Assembly (NCBI GenBank): GCA_963729895.1
Contig: CAVSQB010000026.1
Location: 64,001-128,000 of the forward strand
Source of the DNA: an uncultured Fibrobacterota bacterium
GTDB lineage: Bacteria > Fibrobacterota > Chitinivibrionia > Chitinivibrionales > FEN-1185
Length of the DNA: 64,000 nt
Direction of reading: 5' to 3'
Shown here: positions 38,411 to 48,930 of the stretch, in pieces
How the letters are laid out: each line of letters begins with the position of its first letter
Position numbering within the stretch: position 1 is the first letter of the stretch
Translations under genes and position numbers: made by a program
Notes under the pieces: generated by a model
Databases searched by the model: none
What the model was told of the DNA's origin: nothing
The model's input: the letters and a program-made list of their open reading frames with translations, nothing else

Positions 38411-38509
38411 TGCGAAAATTTGTGATCTTCGCTCGCATGTCGGCACCACCTGGGTTCCCCATGCAGGGTTGCACGCCGGGGAAATTGATGACGGAATCGA
38501 AGGCCAATC

Positions 38510-38542
38510 AAAAGGGGATGGTTTCTCTTGACCATCCCTTTT
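38510..38542. terminator. Bidirectional terminator downstream of the DUF6175 gene
   Basis: AAAAGGGGATGGT / ACCATCCCTTTT. Confidence 0.65.
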
Positions 38543-38573
38543 CTCCCGATTGATCAAAAACGACTCAAGATTC

Positions 38574-39791
38574 TTACAACGGCTCCACCCCTATGATAAT
38601 AAGCTTCTTGTTGATTGCTATCTGCGAAATCTTGGCCACATTCTTCAGTCCGTCGCGAAAGGCCCGGTAGATCTTGGACGACTTGTTGAACTCCGCCTTC
38701 TTGGCCCACACGTTGTAGTCGAGCGTCTTGTCGGTCACGATATTTTCTTTCGACAAGGCAAAAGTCGCGTCCATGAGATCGGAAATTTTATCCTTCACGC
38801 TTTCGTCGATGGTGCCGGACAAGCTCTTGAAAACGAGCTTGTACTGGATGCCCTTTTTCACGTCGTCCTGCCAGTAATTGACAAGCCGCTGCAGCACCTT
38901 GTCTGTGGCGCTGTTCACCGCCTCTTCCACGAGCGGTTCGGCCGGGCCGGGCCGCGCCGCGCTGTATCCCGTTTCGGTCCCCAAAAGCCTTCCCGTGGTG
39001 GTCTCGTACGCCCGTATCTGAAGCGTTACCTTGTTCTGCTCGTATACCATGCCTGCAAACACGATATAAATATCGGAGCCCAAAGCGAGGGCGAGCTGGT
39101 ATCCCATGTCTTCTTCCGCGCCTTTGATGTCGCCATGCAGCCGTGTCATCTCGTTGATCTGGTCCATGGCCCGAGGCACCACCACGTCGTATTTGCGTGC
39201 AGTAAGATAGCTCTCGATGACCGCTGCCGCGTGCTTTGCAAGAGGGTTTGCGTCGAACACCTGCAGCGGGGTCTGGTCTTTGGGAACTTCGGGAATCACC
39301 ATGATGGTGGGCATGCCCGCGGCGTCCGACAATTCTTCGTGCGACGCGATGATACCTTTTGCAACCAGGTCGTCGGTGAGCATTTTCTTGTTGACCCGCA
39401 CCGCCTTGGTGATCTTCATGCCGTCCCTGCCGTTGGGCAGCTTGGTCCTGACCGCCGAAACCACCGCATTTGCCTCCCAGGTGATGTACTTGTTGACATT
39501 CGCGTTGTCGAAGAAATCCTCGGCAATGCCGCCAAACTGGTTTTTGGCCGCCTGGGTCGACAGCAGCGGATCTGTGCCGAGGCTCAAAACAAAATTGACC
39601 GCGCATTTGCGAAGGTCGAGGATGGCCTCCTTGTCGTTCTTGCCGAGACCGGTTGCCTGAATGGTCACCTCCGACGGCGAATAGGTCTCCACGAACGTGG
39701 CCTGGCTGGACAGCGGGAGATTTGAATCCTTTGCATATGAGCACGGGAAGAACAAGGCGGCGGCGATGCAACTGAGAAAAAGCTTGTTCAT
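38574..39791 (-). CDS. DUF6175-like secreted protein
   Basis: Signal peptide; MPTIMVIP, GSDIYI, AYETTTGRLLGTETGYS; family recognised by eye. Confidence 0.65.
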   Translation of the reverse strand: MNKLFLSCIAAALFFPCSYAKDSNLPLSSQATFVETYSPSEVTIQATGLGKNDKEAILDLRKCAVNFVLSLGTDPLLSTQAAKNQFGGIAEDFFDNANVNKYITWEANAVVSAVRTKLPNGRDGMKITKAVRVNKKMLTDDLVAKGIIASHEELSDAAGMPTIMVIPEVPKDQTPLQVFDANPLAKHAAAVIESYLTARKYDVVVPRAMDQINEMTRLHGDIKGAEEDMGYQLALALGSDIYIVFAGMVYEQNKVTLQIRAYETTTGRLLGTETGYSAARPGPAEPLVEEAVNSATDKVLQRLVNYWQDDVKKGIQYKLVFKSLSGTIDESVKDKISDLMDATFALSKENIVTDKTLDYNVWAKKAEFNKSSKIYRAFRDGLKNVAKISQIAINKKLIIIGVEPL

Positions 39792-39902
39792 GGGTCCGGT
39801 CCTTTCGTAAAGGTGAAAATCGTTCATGTGCAAGATCGAGGTTCCAGCTTGTCAAACCGCGAAGGCTTTCCGCAAACTTTCAATCTGGAACTTGAAGCCC
39901 TT

Positions 39903-41684
39903 CTATTTTACTCCTCCCGCAACCCCATGAAGCATATCGAGCGGGTCGAACGCAATGGACGGCAGCGACCAGACAAAATAGACGCTCGCCGTAATTCCGG
40001 TGTGGTTTACCGGAGCGTCGTTGTCGATGGTTGCTATGTTTTGCCAGGAGCCGCCGGACCCATTCTTATAGGAATAATCCCAGCTCGAGCTGTTCCCATA
40101 AAACTGGTAGCCGGCGCCCACGCCGATGTTGACGGCAGGCGAAACCGCAAATTCGAGCGCGCCGTTTGCGGCGAACCCGAGAGCGGCATTTATGAGCCTG
40201 TAATATTCGTCGTTGTTCGTTGTTGTGTTTGTCCACTTGTCGGTTTCCAGGATCAACGACTGGTAGCCCGCTTCGGGTTGCAGCACGATGGCGAGCCGGC
40301 CGATATAGAATTTCTTGATAAGAGATATTTCCGCCGACCAGTTGAACATCCAGCTCAAATTTGCGCTTCCGTGATCATACTCTTCCATGTGGTCGATGGA
40401 ATCGCTCTTGGAGCCCGAAACCGCACCGGTCCCCAAGCCGCCCGACAGGCCGAAGAAAAACTGGTTGAGGCCGAACCATTTGCCGATGTTATACTCTATG
40501 TCAAGTCCGCCCCCGTAACCGTTATTCAGCGACAGGTGGTTGAACAGGGGGGTAACCGTGTCGGGCGTGGTAAACGCGAACATGCGTCCCCGTATCAGCA
40601 AATCGAGCGGCAGCCGCGGATATTCGCTGAGCACCGCGCCGGTGTACGGATTTCCGCCGATCACCTCCGCCTTTGATTTGTATCCCTGTTTTGACGTGGA
40701 ATCGGCGACCGAGGTGACCATCACCCATCCGGATTTCTTTGTCGTTTGGTTGCCCATAGAATCTTCGGATATCTCCACGATCTGATATTTGTCGTCCACC
40801 CTGACGCCTTCGCGCCTGCCGAGGTTGAATCCCACGCCCATGAATCCTTTGTCAATTACCTGCCCCGACAGCCTGAAATCCGGGATCTGCTGGGTGGCGA
40901 CCACCAGGTTGCGCGCCGCGTTCTTGACAGCAGCGCGAAATGCGAATTCCTTGTAGCCGACCATGCCCGCTTCGGTGGCGTAGTTGCGGTCCCTCACGGA
41001 AAATCCGCTCGAATACGTGAAGGTCTTCACCACGGGAATTGCGTGCGCCTTTTCGCCCTGGGCGGAAATCCGGAACCAGATGATGCCGGCGGCAAAACCG
41101 GTGGAATAGGAGCTGTCTTTGAGCTGTGAAGTATAGCCCCGTATGAGCGGAATATAGATGTATGCGGAATTCATCACCTTTTCGACGTCTTCCATGGTAA
41201 TGCCGAGCGTCTTTGCCTTGTCGGCGATAAAGGAATTTCTCTGCTGCTCGCTCGTGAGGCCGGCGGCGCGCGCTTCTTTGTTGAGATCGACAACCGCACA
41301 AATCCTGGGGACCACGGTGCGCTCCATGACCGCGGCGAGGCTGTCGAGCATGGGATCGGCGCCTCCGGCAGTGTTGATGGCTTCATTTACATATGGATAA
41401 TGCACCGCGTTCGCCTGCGCGACAAAATCTCCGAGCAGGGAATCGGGGACCGGGTTGTAATCGAAGCGCGGCATGGAAACGGCCTGCTTTACTTTGTCGA
41501 GTATCAGCGCCACCTTGTCGGGCGAGAGCGTGCGCGCCGATTCGTCCATCAACCACAGCGCGTTGATATAGGTCACGGATTTTCGCGCGTACGCGCCGGC
41601 CTCTTTGGTGGAAACGTTCTGGGCTGAGGCAAAGGCGGGGAGCAGGAGCAGAGCAAGCGTCAGCGTGAGCATCGCAGTTCGCAT
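39903..41684 (-). CDS. Secreted protein with probable C-terminal beta-barrel
   Basis: Signal peptide MRTAMLTLTLALLLLPAFASA; NLGRREGV..DDKY motif; amphipathic C-terminal strands. Confidence 0.7.
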   Translation of the reverse strand: MRTAMLTLTLALLLLPAFASAQNVSTKEAGAYARKSVTYINALWLMDESARTLSPDKVALILDKVKQAVSMPRFDYNPVPDSLLGDFVAQANAVHYPYVNEAINTAGGADPMLDSLAAVMERTVVPRICAVVDLNKEARAAGLTSEQQRNSFIADKAKTLGITMEDVEKVMNSAYIYIPLIRGYTSQLKDSSYSTGFAAGIIWFRISAQGEKAHAIPVVKTFTYSSGFSVRDRNYATEAGMVGYKEFAFRAAVKNAARNLVVATQQIPDFRLSGQVIDKGFMGVGFNLGRREGVRVDDKYQIVEISEDSMGNQTTKKSGWVMVTSVADSTSKQGYKSKAEVIGGNPYTGAVLSEYPRLPLDLLIRGRMFAFTTPDTVTPLFNHLSLNNGYGGGLDIEYNIGKWFGLNQFFFGLSGGLGTGAVSGSKSDSIDHMEEYDHGSANLSWMFNWSAEISLIKKFYIGRLAIVLQPEAGYQSLILETDKWTNTTTNNDEYYRLINAALGFAANGALEFAVSPAVNIGVGAGYQFYGNSSSWDYSYKNGSGGSWQNIATIDNDAPVNHTGITASVYFVWSLPSIAFDPLDMLHGVAGGVK

Positions 41685-41860
41685 GGAACATCCTTTCGCA
41701 CGTACGGATTGCCGGCGCCGGGCGGCGCGTAAACACATGGGCCGGTAAAGGCCGAACCGGGAATTATGGCATCGATGAATAAATATCGTTTCTGCCCCTG
41801 ATGTGCAAAAGGGTTCTTGGGGGGCAAGAGACCGCGCGAGGTACCGGCGAGCCTACGTGT

Positions 41861-44164
41861 CTACCTGGACTTTGGAACAGCGGAATCCGGACTTGGAATT
41901 GCCTGCGGTTGAGCGGCCATGGGATTACCCGCAGGAGCCGCCGGAAGCGACGGTTGGGGTGCAGGTTTCACGCTCATGACGGAATCGGATAGCTGCGCGC
42001 CGGCGTGTGCCGGAGCGGACGGCTGCATGGCCGGAGAGGGAGCCACAGGCTGCGGCGATTGTGCGGGAGCAGATGGTTGCACAGCCGGAGAAGGCGCGGC
42101 GGGCTGCGCCGATGGTGCGGGAGCAGATGGTTGCGTAATCGGAGAAGGCGCCGGAGCCGCCTGCACCGGAGCGGACGACGGCTGCGCCTGCGGCGTCATT
42201 TGCGGCGGCATTGCTCCGCGGTACATCCCGCGCATGGGGCCGCCACCGCCGTAAGGACTAGGACCCGCGGCCTGCCCGTTTACCTGAGACGGCATGCGGG
42301 ACTTGCGCGCGGCTGAAGAATCCTTGTCGGTGAGCAGCGTTTGCGCGGTGTCGAGCGGCTTCTGCAGCACCACAGCAGGGTTCTGCGCGGCCTTCCCCCC
42401 TTGGGCTGCCGCCGCCCTGCGCCGGGCGCGCAGGGCAGCCATGGAATCGGCAACTACCTTGAGACGGGGCTTTGCCTCGTTGAGACAAAAGGATGATTTC
42501 GGGAACGAATCGCACAGCGTTTCGTACAGCCCTTTTGCCGTTCTATTTTTGTCAAGAACATTGTCGTAGATCCAGGCCGCGGCGTACAGGCTCTTGGGCC
42601 CGAAATCGGAACCGGGGAATTCCCTGTACACCCCTACATAGGCCTCGGCGGCCGAATCCGGGTTGTCGTTGTCCAGGAAGATCTGCTCGGCGGCCTCAAA
42701 GGCGCTGCGGGCCGAATCCTGCCGCGTAAAAATGGTGACCTTGTCGCCGCGCGCCTGCTGCGCCTTCTGGGCGTAGACATTTGCCGGAAACCGCGTGAGC
42801 AGCAGCCGGTACAGGCTGTCGGCCTTGACGGTGTCCTTGAGCGAATACCGGGCTATCCAGGCCGCCGCATACAGGGACTTTGGGGCAAGCGCCCTGAACT
42901 GGGTGTCCGCCATCGTTTTGCAGTAGTGCCGGTACGCGGAGTCCGGTTCGTCAAGCTCAAGCCAGAACAGCTCGCCCACTTTGAAATCCGCGCTCGACGC
43001 GAGGTCCACCTTTACCGAATCAACAGGCATCTTTCCATCCGCGAATTTGAGGATGATGTCTATGGCCTTACTGCGCCGGGTGGCGATGTCCTTTTTGTCC
43101 GGGTCCTTGAGCGAGCCTGCTGCCTTGTCGAAGCATTCCTTGGCCTTCTTGAGATTTCCCTTCTTCATCTGGTAGATGACCGCGAGCTCAAACCAGGCGA
43201 GTCCCACGGCGTCGCCCCCCAGCGGACTCTCGGTAACCTGTTTGTACGTGGCAATCGCCTCGTCGGTCCTGTTGAGTTTGTCCAGTATCCCGCCTTTCTG
43301 GAACTGCAGCAGCGGGACGCGCGAGTAGTACACTTTGTTAAGAATCAAAACGTTCACGAGGTCGAGCGCGCGGCCAAGGTCTCCCTTGTCGGCAAGGCAC
43401 GCCACGAGCAGGAAATCGATGCGATAGAGCTGATCGGTCAAATCCCTCACACGAGGGGCGCCGCGCAAAAACGCGATGGCCTTGTCGTACAGCTTGAGGT
43501 CCCGGTAGAGTTGTGCAATCTTGATTGCAAGCTCCATTTTTCGGTCGTTCGTCTTGGCGCTCTTATATATCTTTTCGAGCATTACCACGGCCTGGGATTT
43601 TCCCTCCCTGCGTATCACGATCTCGGCCATGAGCATGCTCACGTCCTGATTCCTGTTGAGATCGGGATACCGTTCGAGCACACTCGTGAACGTCTTCTCC
43701 GCTTCCTCCAGGTTCCCCTTTTTCAACTGCGCGCGGCCGGTAAACACATAGGATTCGGGCACGAGCGGGCTCGCCGGAAACTCCCGCTGCAACTGGGCAA
43801 AAGTGCGGATCGCCTTGTCGAAATCTCCAAGGTAGTACTCCGCTTTTCCCATAAGAAAGAGCGCCTTGTCGTGCCATTCCTTCTTTGTGGGGTACAACTC
43901 GAACACCTTTAAGCATTTGTCAATTGTCTTCTTGTATCCGTTCTCCACGTCCTGGGGAAGCGTGAGAACGGTGTCGGGATTGTCCTTGATGAGCTTCTGG
44001 TGCGCCTTGAGTGAGGTATCGAACGAGGTTTGCGCATTGTAAAACAGGTTGAAATAGAGGCATCCGCCGCAGGCGACCGCGATGCAGACCGAGGGCAGCG
44101 CGCATTTGAACAAAAACAGGGATAGACGGGAATGTCCGGTGCGACGGTTGTCTTTTGGGTGCAT
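41861..44164 (-). CDS. TPR-repeat lipoprotein with Pro/Ala/Gln repeat tail
   Basis: Lipobox-like ACGGC then LYFNLFYNA; many TPR/BamD-type repeats (F..L...FP.S); QPSAPAPSPA-like repeats. Confidence 0.85.
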   Translation of the reverse strand: MHPKDNRRTGHSRLSLFLFKCALPSVCIAVACGGCLYFNLFYNAQTSFDTSLKAHQKLIKDNPDTVLTLPQDVENGYKKTIDKCLKVFELYPTKKEWHDKALFLMGKAEYYLGDFDKAIRTFAQLQREFPASPLVPESYVFTGRAQLKKGNLEEAEKTFTSVLERYPDLNRNQDVSMLMAEIVIRREGKSQAVVMLEKIYKSAKTNDRKMELAIKIAQLYRDLKLYDKAIAFLRGAPRVRDLTDQLYRIDFLLVACLADKGDLGRALDLVNVLILNKVYYSRVPLLQFQKGGILDKLNRTDEAIATYKQVTESPLGGDAVGLAWFELAVIYQMKKGNLKKAKECFDKAAGSLKDPDKKDIATRRSKAIDIILKFADGKMPVDSVKVDLASSADFKVGELFWLELDEPDSAYRHYCKTMADTQFRALAPKSLYAAAWIARYSLKDTVKADSLYRLLLTRFPANVYAQKAQQARGDKVTIFTRQDSARSAFEAAEQIFLDNDNPDSAAEAYVGVYREFPGSDFGPKSLYAAAWIYDNVLDKNRTAKGLYETLCDSFPKSSFCLNEAKPRLKVVADSMAALRARRRAAAAQGGKAAQNPAVVLQKPLDTAQTLLTDKDSSAARKSRMPSQVNGQAAGPSPYGGGGPMRGMYRGAMPPQMTPQAQPSSAPVQAAPAPSPITQPSAPAPSAQPAAPSPAVQPSAPAQSPQPVAPSPAMQPSAPAHAGAQLSDSVMSVKPAPQPSLPAAPAGNPMAAQPQAIPSPDSAVPKSR

Positions 44165-44239
44165 GATGGAGAGCAGGTTTTCGCCTGGTGAAGTTGCTTC
44201 TGTAGAAATATATATTGACGCAGAATACTACGGACATGC

Positions 44240-46567
44240 GTGGAAAAGATTGCCGTAACCGGGGCATTTTTCACGCCTGAGCGTGGAGAGCAATTTGTAT
44301 TTTGGTACAGTCTTGTCCGGCCGCCTTCGGCGGAGCCGTGCAGAATAACAGTCGACCTTTCTTCCGGAAAACCGCAACGGAGTTCTTGCAGGATGCCTTC
44401 ACGAAGTCTTTTTCCGCGAACGTGCGCGGAAAAGCAGCGCGCTTTGTCGCACGAAACCCGGAAACAAACTGATGCCATAGCCACGCTTTTTCCCGTTCTT
44501 GCCGCCTTGTTCATTGTATGCGTGCTCGCGCCGCCGCCGGTTTTTGCGCAGCCGGTCCCGGCCACGCCATGGTTGGGCGCGGCGAAGCAGGCACCCCAGG
44601 CGGCGACCGCTTCGCCACCCGTTGCAGGTGAGGATTCTATGGCCCGGGTGAACCGATTGCGTGACACGAGCGGGGTACGAGACACCGCTGCAGCATCGCT
44701 CAACCGGCAAGCGGCGCGCGCTTCGGCAGCGGCATTGGCCGCAGATTCCCTGCGCAGGGCCGTCAAGCGGGACTCCTTGTTTCGGGAAATCGCCCTCTGC
44801 AAGGAAAGGTACACCAGGTTTCCTTCCTCACCCGATTCCATTTTCGGCGCATCGGAGGTCGGCCCCTCGCAGCTTCTGCACTCCGACGCGATAGGCCTGA
44901 CCGATGCCGTGCGCACCATGCCCGCGGTGGTGGCGGTCCCTTTTTCTCTGTCGAGCGGCACCAACCGGTTCATGCTGTACGGCTTTCCGCTCCTGCCCAA
45001 CTCGGTGTTCCTTGACAATAGCGCACTGCCCGACTGCCCGACCGCGCTTGCGGGGAACGACGTTCTGTTCGCAACCCAGATCGACGCGGCCGTCGCTGCC
45101 GCGCCGGCCGGAATTGCCTGCACCCAGATTCCCTACGGCCTGGTGATCCCGCAGACTGATCTGCTCTGGGAAAACGCCGTTTTCGACGAAAATGTGCTCG
45201 GTGTGCGGTTTGCCCGGCCCATCACACAGACCTTCGACGTTTCCCTGTGCTCCAACTACCGCTATTTCGCCCCGTATACCTACAGTACCGCAGGCGACAT
45301 GACCTCACTTTTCAACTATTTTATCTCGGACACGTCGCAACTCGCCAACGGCGGCAGGAACCCGCTGTCCAACGAAACGCAGATGTCCTTGCGGCTTGCC
45401 TCTCATACCGAACGCTGGGGCACTGCCTCGCTGTCCTATTCGTACGAGGACGCCACAAACGATCTTGCGATGCAGCAAACCGATTCCCTCAACAATCAGT
45501 TCCTGCAGTGGGAAACCATATGGAGGTACGCAAACACCCTTCGGGCCCAGGCGAGATCGTTTCCCGCGGGCAGGCTCATGATAAACATGGATGCTCGGGC
45601 GGTGGCTGAAGGGAACTCCGCGACTATCCCCGTGCTGAACTCGCCCGTTGACACGCAGGAAACCGGCCGCAATACCGATATTGAGATTTCGGTGGAGCCT
45701 TTTTTTCCCCTCCCGGCGGACACGCTGCTTGCGACGTGCGCCGTGGAACACCAGGAGCGGACGTTCTACAACCGCACAAAAGCCGCCGCATCCCTGTGCG
45801 ATGCGCGCCTCGGCTACCGGCACGAGTTTTCCTTTCGGGCGCTGAGCGCATCGGTAAAGGGCTCGCTGGGTGACGGCGCGATCAAGCCTGCCGGCGGCGC
45901 AATCGACCATTCTTTTGTGTACTCCGCCGAGATTTCGGCGGCGGCGGGCAGGCAGACCCTCCATCTGTTTGCGTTTCGCGACCATCTGCCTTTTGTTTTC
46001 CCCTACGACTCGCTCAACGCTCCCGTACAGTCGTACTACGATGTCTACAACGCCTACGGCGCGGAACTCTTTCTCGGGTATAAAAAAATCGGCCTTTCGG
46101 CCGGGATATGCGGCGTTTCCGGCGTCGACACCTCAGCCGCCGCGCGATTCTGGCCCGACGGCACCATGCCGTACCAACAGCCCCGGGTTTCGCTCATGGC
46201 GATGCCCATGTTCGGCAGGTGGCTGGGGTTTGCCCTGGGCTCAAGGCTCATTGTCTCCGACGAAAGGCCTTTTATCAAGTCGCAGACCACCCTCAGTTAC
46301 GAAGCGCAACCGATCGGCCCCAGCGAACATATCACCGTGGACCTGGTGTACGATTACTGGGGCGCTCGCGACACGGTTACCTACGGCGGAATCAACCTGT
46401 GGAACAGGGAGATTCACAACCTTTCGCTCCGGACCTCCGTTCACATCCAGGCGTTCAACATCTTCTGGAAAGTGGACAACCTGCTCGACCGCAAGTATGC
46501 CTATGTGCCGGGGTATTTTATGCCGGGGATAACGTTCCGCTGGGGATTTGGCTGGCTCATCCAATGA
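44240..46567 (+). CDS. Putative outer-membrane porin/TonB-receptor-like beta-barrel (start uncertain, probably downstream of 44240)
   Basis: Signal-like segment LFPVLAALFIVCVLAPPPVFA; C-terminus NLLDRKY.YVPGYFMPG.TFRWGFGW. Confidence 0.7.
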   Translation: MEKIAVTGAFFTPERGEQFVFWYSLVRPPSAEPCRITVDLSSGKPQRSSCRMPSRSLFPRTCAEKQRALSHETRKQTDAIATLFPVLAALFIVCVLAPPPVFAQPVPATPWLGAAKQAPQAATASPPVAGEDSMARVNRLRDTSGVRDTAAASLNRQAARASAAALAADSLRRAVKRDSLFREIALCKERYTRFPSSPDSIFGASEVGPSQLLHSDAIGLTDAVRTMPAVVAVPFSLSSGTNRFMLYGFPLLPNSVFLDNSALPDCPTALAGNDVLFATQIDAAVAAAPAGIACTQIPYGLVIPQTDLLWENAVFDENVLGVRFARPITQTFDVSLCSNYRYFAPYTYSTAGDMTSLFNYFISDTSQLANGGRNPLSNETQMSLRLASHTERWGTASLSYSYEDATNDLAMQQTDSLNNQFLQWETIWRYANTLRAQARSFPAGRLMINMDARAVAEGNSATIPVLNSPVDTQETGRNTDIEISVEPFFPLPADTLLATCAVEHQERTFYNRTKAAASLCDARLGYRHEFSFRALSASVKGSLGDGAIKPAGGAIDHSFVYSAEISAAAGRQTLHLFAFRDHLPFVFPYDSLNAPVQSYYDVYNAYGAELFLGYKKIGLSAGICGVSGVDTSAAARFWPDGTMPYQQPRVSLMAMPMFGRWLGFALGSRLIVSDERPFIKSQTTLSYEAQPIGPSEHITVDLVYDYWGARDTVTYGGINLWNREIHNLSLRTSVHIQAFNIFWKVDNLLDRKYAYVPGYFMPGITFRWGFGWLIQ

Positions 46568-48857
46568 CCATAAATTTCCGCTTGTAGGTTTTCCCGCCGT
46601 ACTTCACAATAAAGAAATAGACGCCCGGCGCCACCGTCCTGCCCGGATCGGGCCACTGGAGCACAACGGGCTTCAGCTCTTGGAGCACCTCGGAAAACTG
46701 CCACACGAGCGCGCCGTCTATCGACCGAATCGCGGCGGTAAAGAGCTGGGAGTAGGAACGGGGGTCGTCTTGCGAAGCGGTAAACTGGAGGGTGAGCTGC
46801 TGCCGTTTGGCGCCTATGTCGAGCACATTGGGAAAGATAACGAATTGCGACGCGGGCCTGGGTTTCAGCTTGAGTGTTTCAAACGTCGTCCCGTTCCCCG
46901 AGGGATTGACAACAGCGCCGGCCGAATTGAAGTACCCGGCGGCCACGCCGTACAACTCAATGGGAGGCGTTTCTATCGAGGTGATGAGTATGGTGCCGGT
47001 CGAATCGGTCTGTTGTGAAACGTAGGCGGAATCCCCGAGTTCCCGCCAGAAGACTGTTCCCGTCACCGCAGCAGAGTCGAGCGAATCGCGCATCGACACG
47101 CTCACAATGAAGCGGGACGCAAGGACTGCCGTGTCCCGCGAGTGTCTCGACGCGACAACCACGCTTCCGGGAAGGAACAACGGGTTGCTCACGGAAAGCG
47201 TTTCGGGAAACGATCCGTCCAGATTGACAATTGCGTACCCGGCGCTGTCGCTGGTTCCGGCCTGTTCACCCGCTTTTGTGGCAAGCACTGCGCCTGCAAC
47301 GCTCCGGCCGAAAGAATCGGCAACGGTAACGTACGTCTGGTTATCGGCCAGGCAGGCGAGCAGCGCATCGGGCACGCCGCGGCCGGAGGCGTTATTCGCG
47401 GAAGTCTGGCCCGGCACGAAAAAGCACGACGAATACAGCCTGTTTCTTGCGGCCCCTGCCGAATCCCCGGCATGCGCCTGCAGAACAAGCGCGCACACGC
47501 CGGCCGTCAGCGGCGATGAAAACGAAGTTCCATTTTCGTAGGTATATGCAGTATTATTCCCGTTGTACACCTGCGGCACGCACGCTCCCACGCCCAGTGC
47601 CACGCAATCAGGTTTTATCCGGCCGTCGGACGTGGGTCCCCTGCTCGAAAAATCGGCTACCGACAAAGAACCGTCAACCGCGCCCGCGGACACGACGTCC
47701 TTGACATCTGCGGGAGCGGAAAGCGATCCCGCGACGGGACCGTCATTTCCCATGGAATTCACCACGATGACCCCGAATTGCGTTGCCATCGCCGCGGCTT
47801 TGGAGACGATGGTTGTAACGCCGTTCATGTCCTGAAACGTGTAATCGGTGTCGGGCGGCGAGAAACCGTTGTTGTAGCCCAGCGAGCTGTTCACAATGTC
47901 GACGCCCAGGCTCTCGGCCCACACCATGGCCGCCGCCCAGTTGTCTTCCTCGTAATGTTTTTCAACCGGAGAATCTTCGGTGCAGGCCAGGATAAAATGC
48001 GCGCCCCATGCAACGCCCATGAATTGCGGCGGATCGTACCCTGCGATCGTCGCGAGCGTGCACGAACCGTGTTCGTCGTTCTGGTAGTATGCGCTCGCCG
48101 GGTTGTCTGCCACGGAATCCGGATCGGAAACGGTATTGTTGTGGTCGATAAAATTGCTGTCGGCAACAACAAGATTGTGAGCATTAAGATACGAAAAGCA
48201 CCGGTGCTGGAGGCGGAATCCTGAGTCGAACATACCGATGAGAATACCGTCTCCGGGCGCCGCTGGGCCTTTTGCCTCAATGAGGCGGTGCGCGGGCGGC
48301 ACGTTGAGCATCGCGAGCTGGGCAAAGGCGAGACCGTAGATCGAATCTCCTTTGAACGCTGCCGCCTTGCCGAGGCTTTTTGCGGTGGGTAAAGGCGTAT
48401 TGACAAACGACCGTACCAGCATAAGATCCCGCACGCAGGCAAGGTTGGCAATTGCGTCAAGCTGCGGGGATGCGACGGTAAAACTCGCGGCGTTCGCCCA
48501 CTTGAAGATGTTGGCGCGCTTGGCGCCCAGGAGTTCAACTTGGCGCAGGTATGTTTCGGCCACCGGAACATCCGAGAATCCTCCGTCACGAACACCCGCG
48601 CGCGTCCTTCTCGCAAGCGCGCGCGGCGAGACCCCGCCGGCACCGGCAGTAGGATTTTTGTCCGTAAATATCACCCATACCTTGCAGACCGTATCTTTCG
48701 CAGACAGCGCCTCAAGACTCTTTCGCAACGGTGCGGCGGACGGCGACGCCGGGGGCCAAAGAAACGCCAGCAACGCAAACAGCATCGCCGCGGGCATAAT
48801 GAGGCGAAAGGCCCCGGCGTGTCCCTCAAAAAAGCGTGTGATGGAGCCGTTTATCAA
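46557..48857 (-). CDS. S8 subtilisin-family serine peptidase with T9SS-like CTD
   Basis: FDSG (Asp), EHGS (His), NGTSFSSP (Ser), FSSRGPT.DGRIKPD; C-terminal FPN...APGVYF. Confidence 0.92.
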   Translation of the reverse strand: MINGSITRFFEGHAGAFRLIMPAAMLFALLAFLWPPASPSAAPLRKSLEALSAKDTVCKVWVIFTDKNPTAGAGGVSPRALARRTRAGVRDGGFSDVPVAETYLRQVELLGAKRANIFKWANAASFTVASPQLDAIANLACVRDLMLVRSFVNTPLPTAKSLGKAAAFKGDSIYGLAFAQLAMLNVPPAHRLIEAKGPAAPGDGILIGMFDSGFRLQHRCFSYLNAHNLVVADSNFIDHNNTVSDPDSVADNPASAYYQNDEHGSCTLATIAGYDPPQFMGVAWGAHFILACTEDSPVEKHYEEDNWAAAMVWAESLGVDIVNSSLGYNNGFSPPDTDYTFQDMNGVTTIVSKAAAMATQFGVIVVNSMGNDGPVAGSLSAPADVKDVVSAGAVDGSLSVADFSSRGPTSDGRIKPDCVALGVGACVPQVYNGNNTAYTYENGTSFSSPLTAGVCALVLQAHAGDSAGAARNRLYSSCFFVPGQTSANNASGRGVPDALLACLADNQTYVTVADSFGRSVAGAVLATKAGEQAGTSDSAGYAIVNLDGSFPETLSVSNPLFLPGSVVVASRHSRDTAVLASRFIVSVSMRDSLDSAAVTGTVFWRELGDSAYVSQQTDSTGTILITSIETPPIELYGVAAGYFNSAGAVVNPSGNGTTFETLKLKPRPASQFVIFPNVLDIGAKRQQLTLQFTASQDDPRSYSQLFTAAIRSIDGALVWQFSEVLQELKPVVLQWPDPGRTVAPGVYFFIVKYGGKTYKRKFMVIG

Positions 48858-48930
48858 GGAATGCAGTCCCTTGGGGGATTTTGGTTGCGCGGGGTTTCAC
48901 GGCATGCGATTCCGTCAAGAGCAGCCGTGT

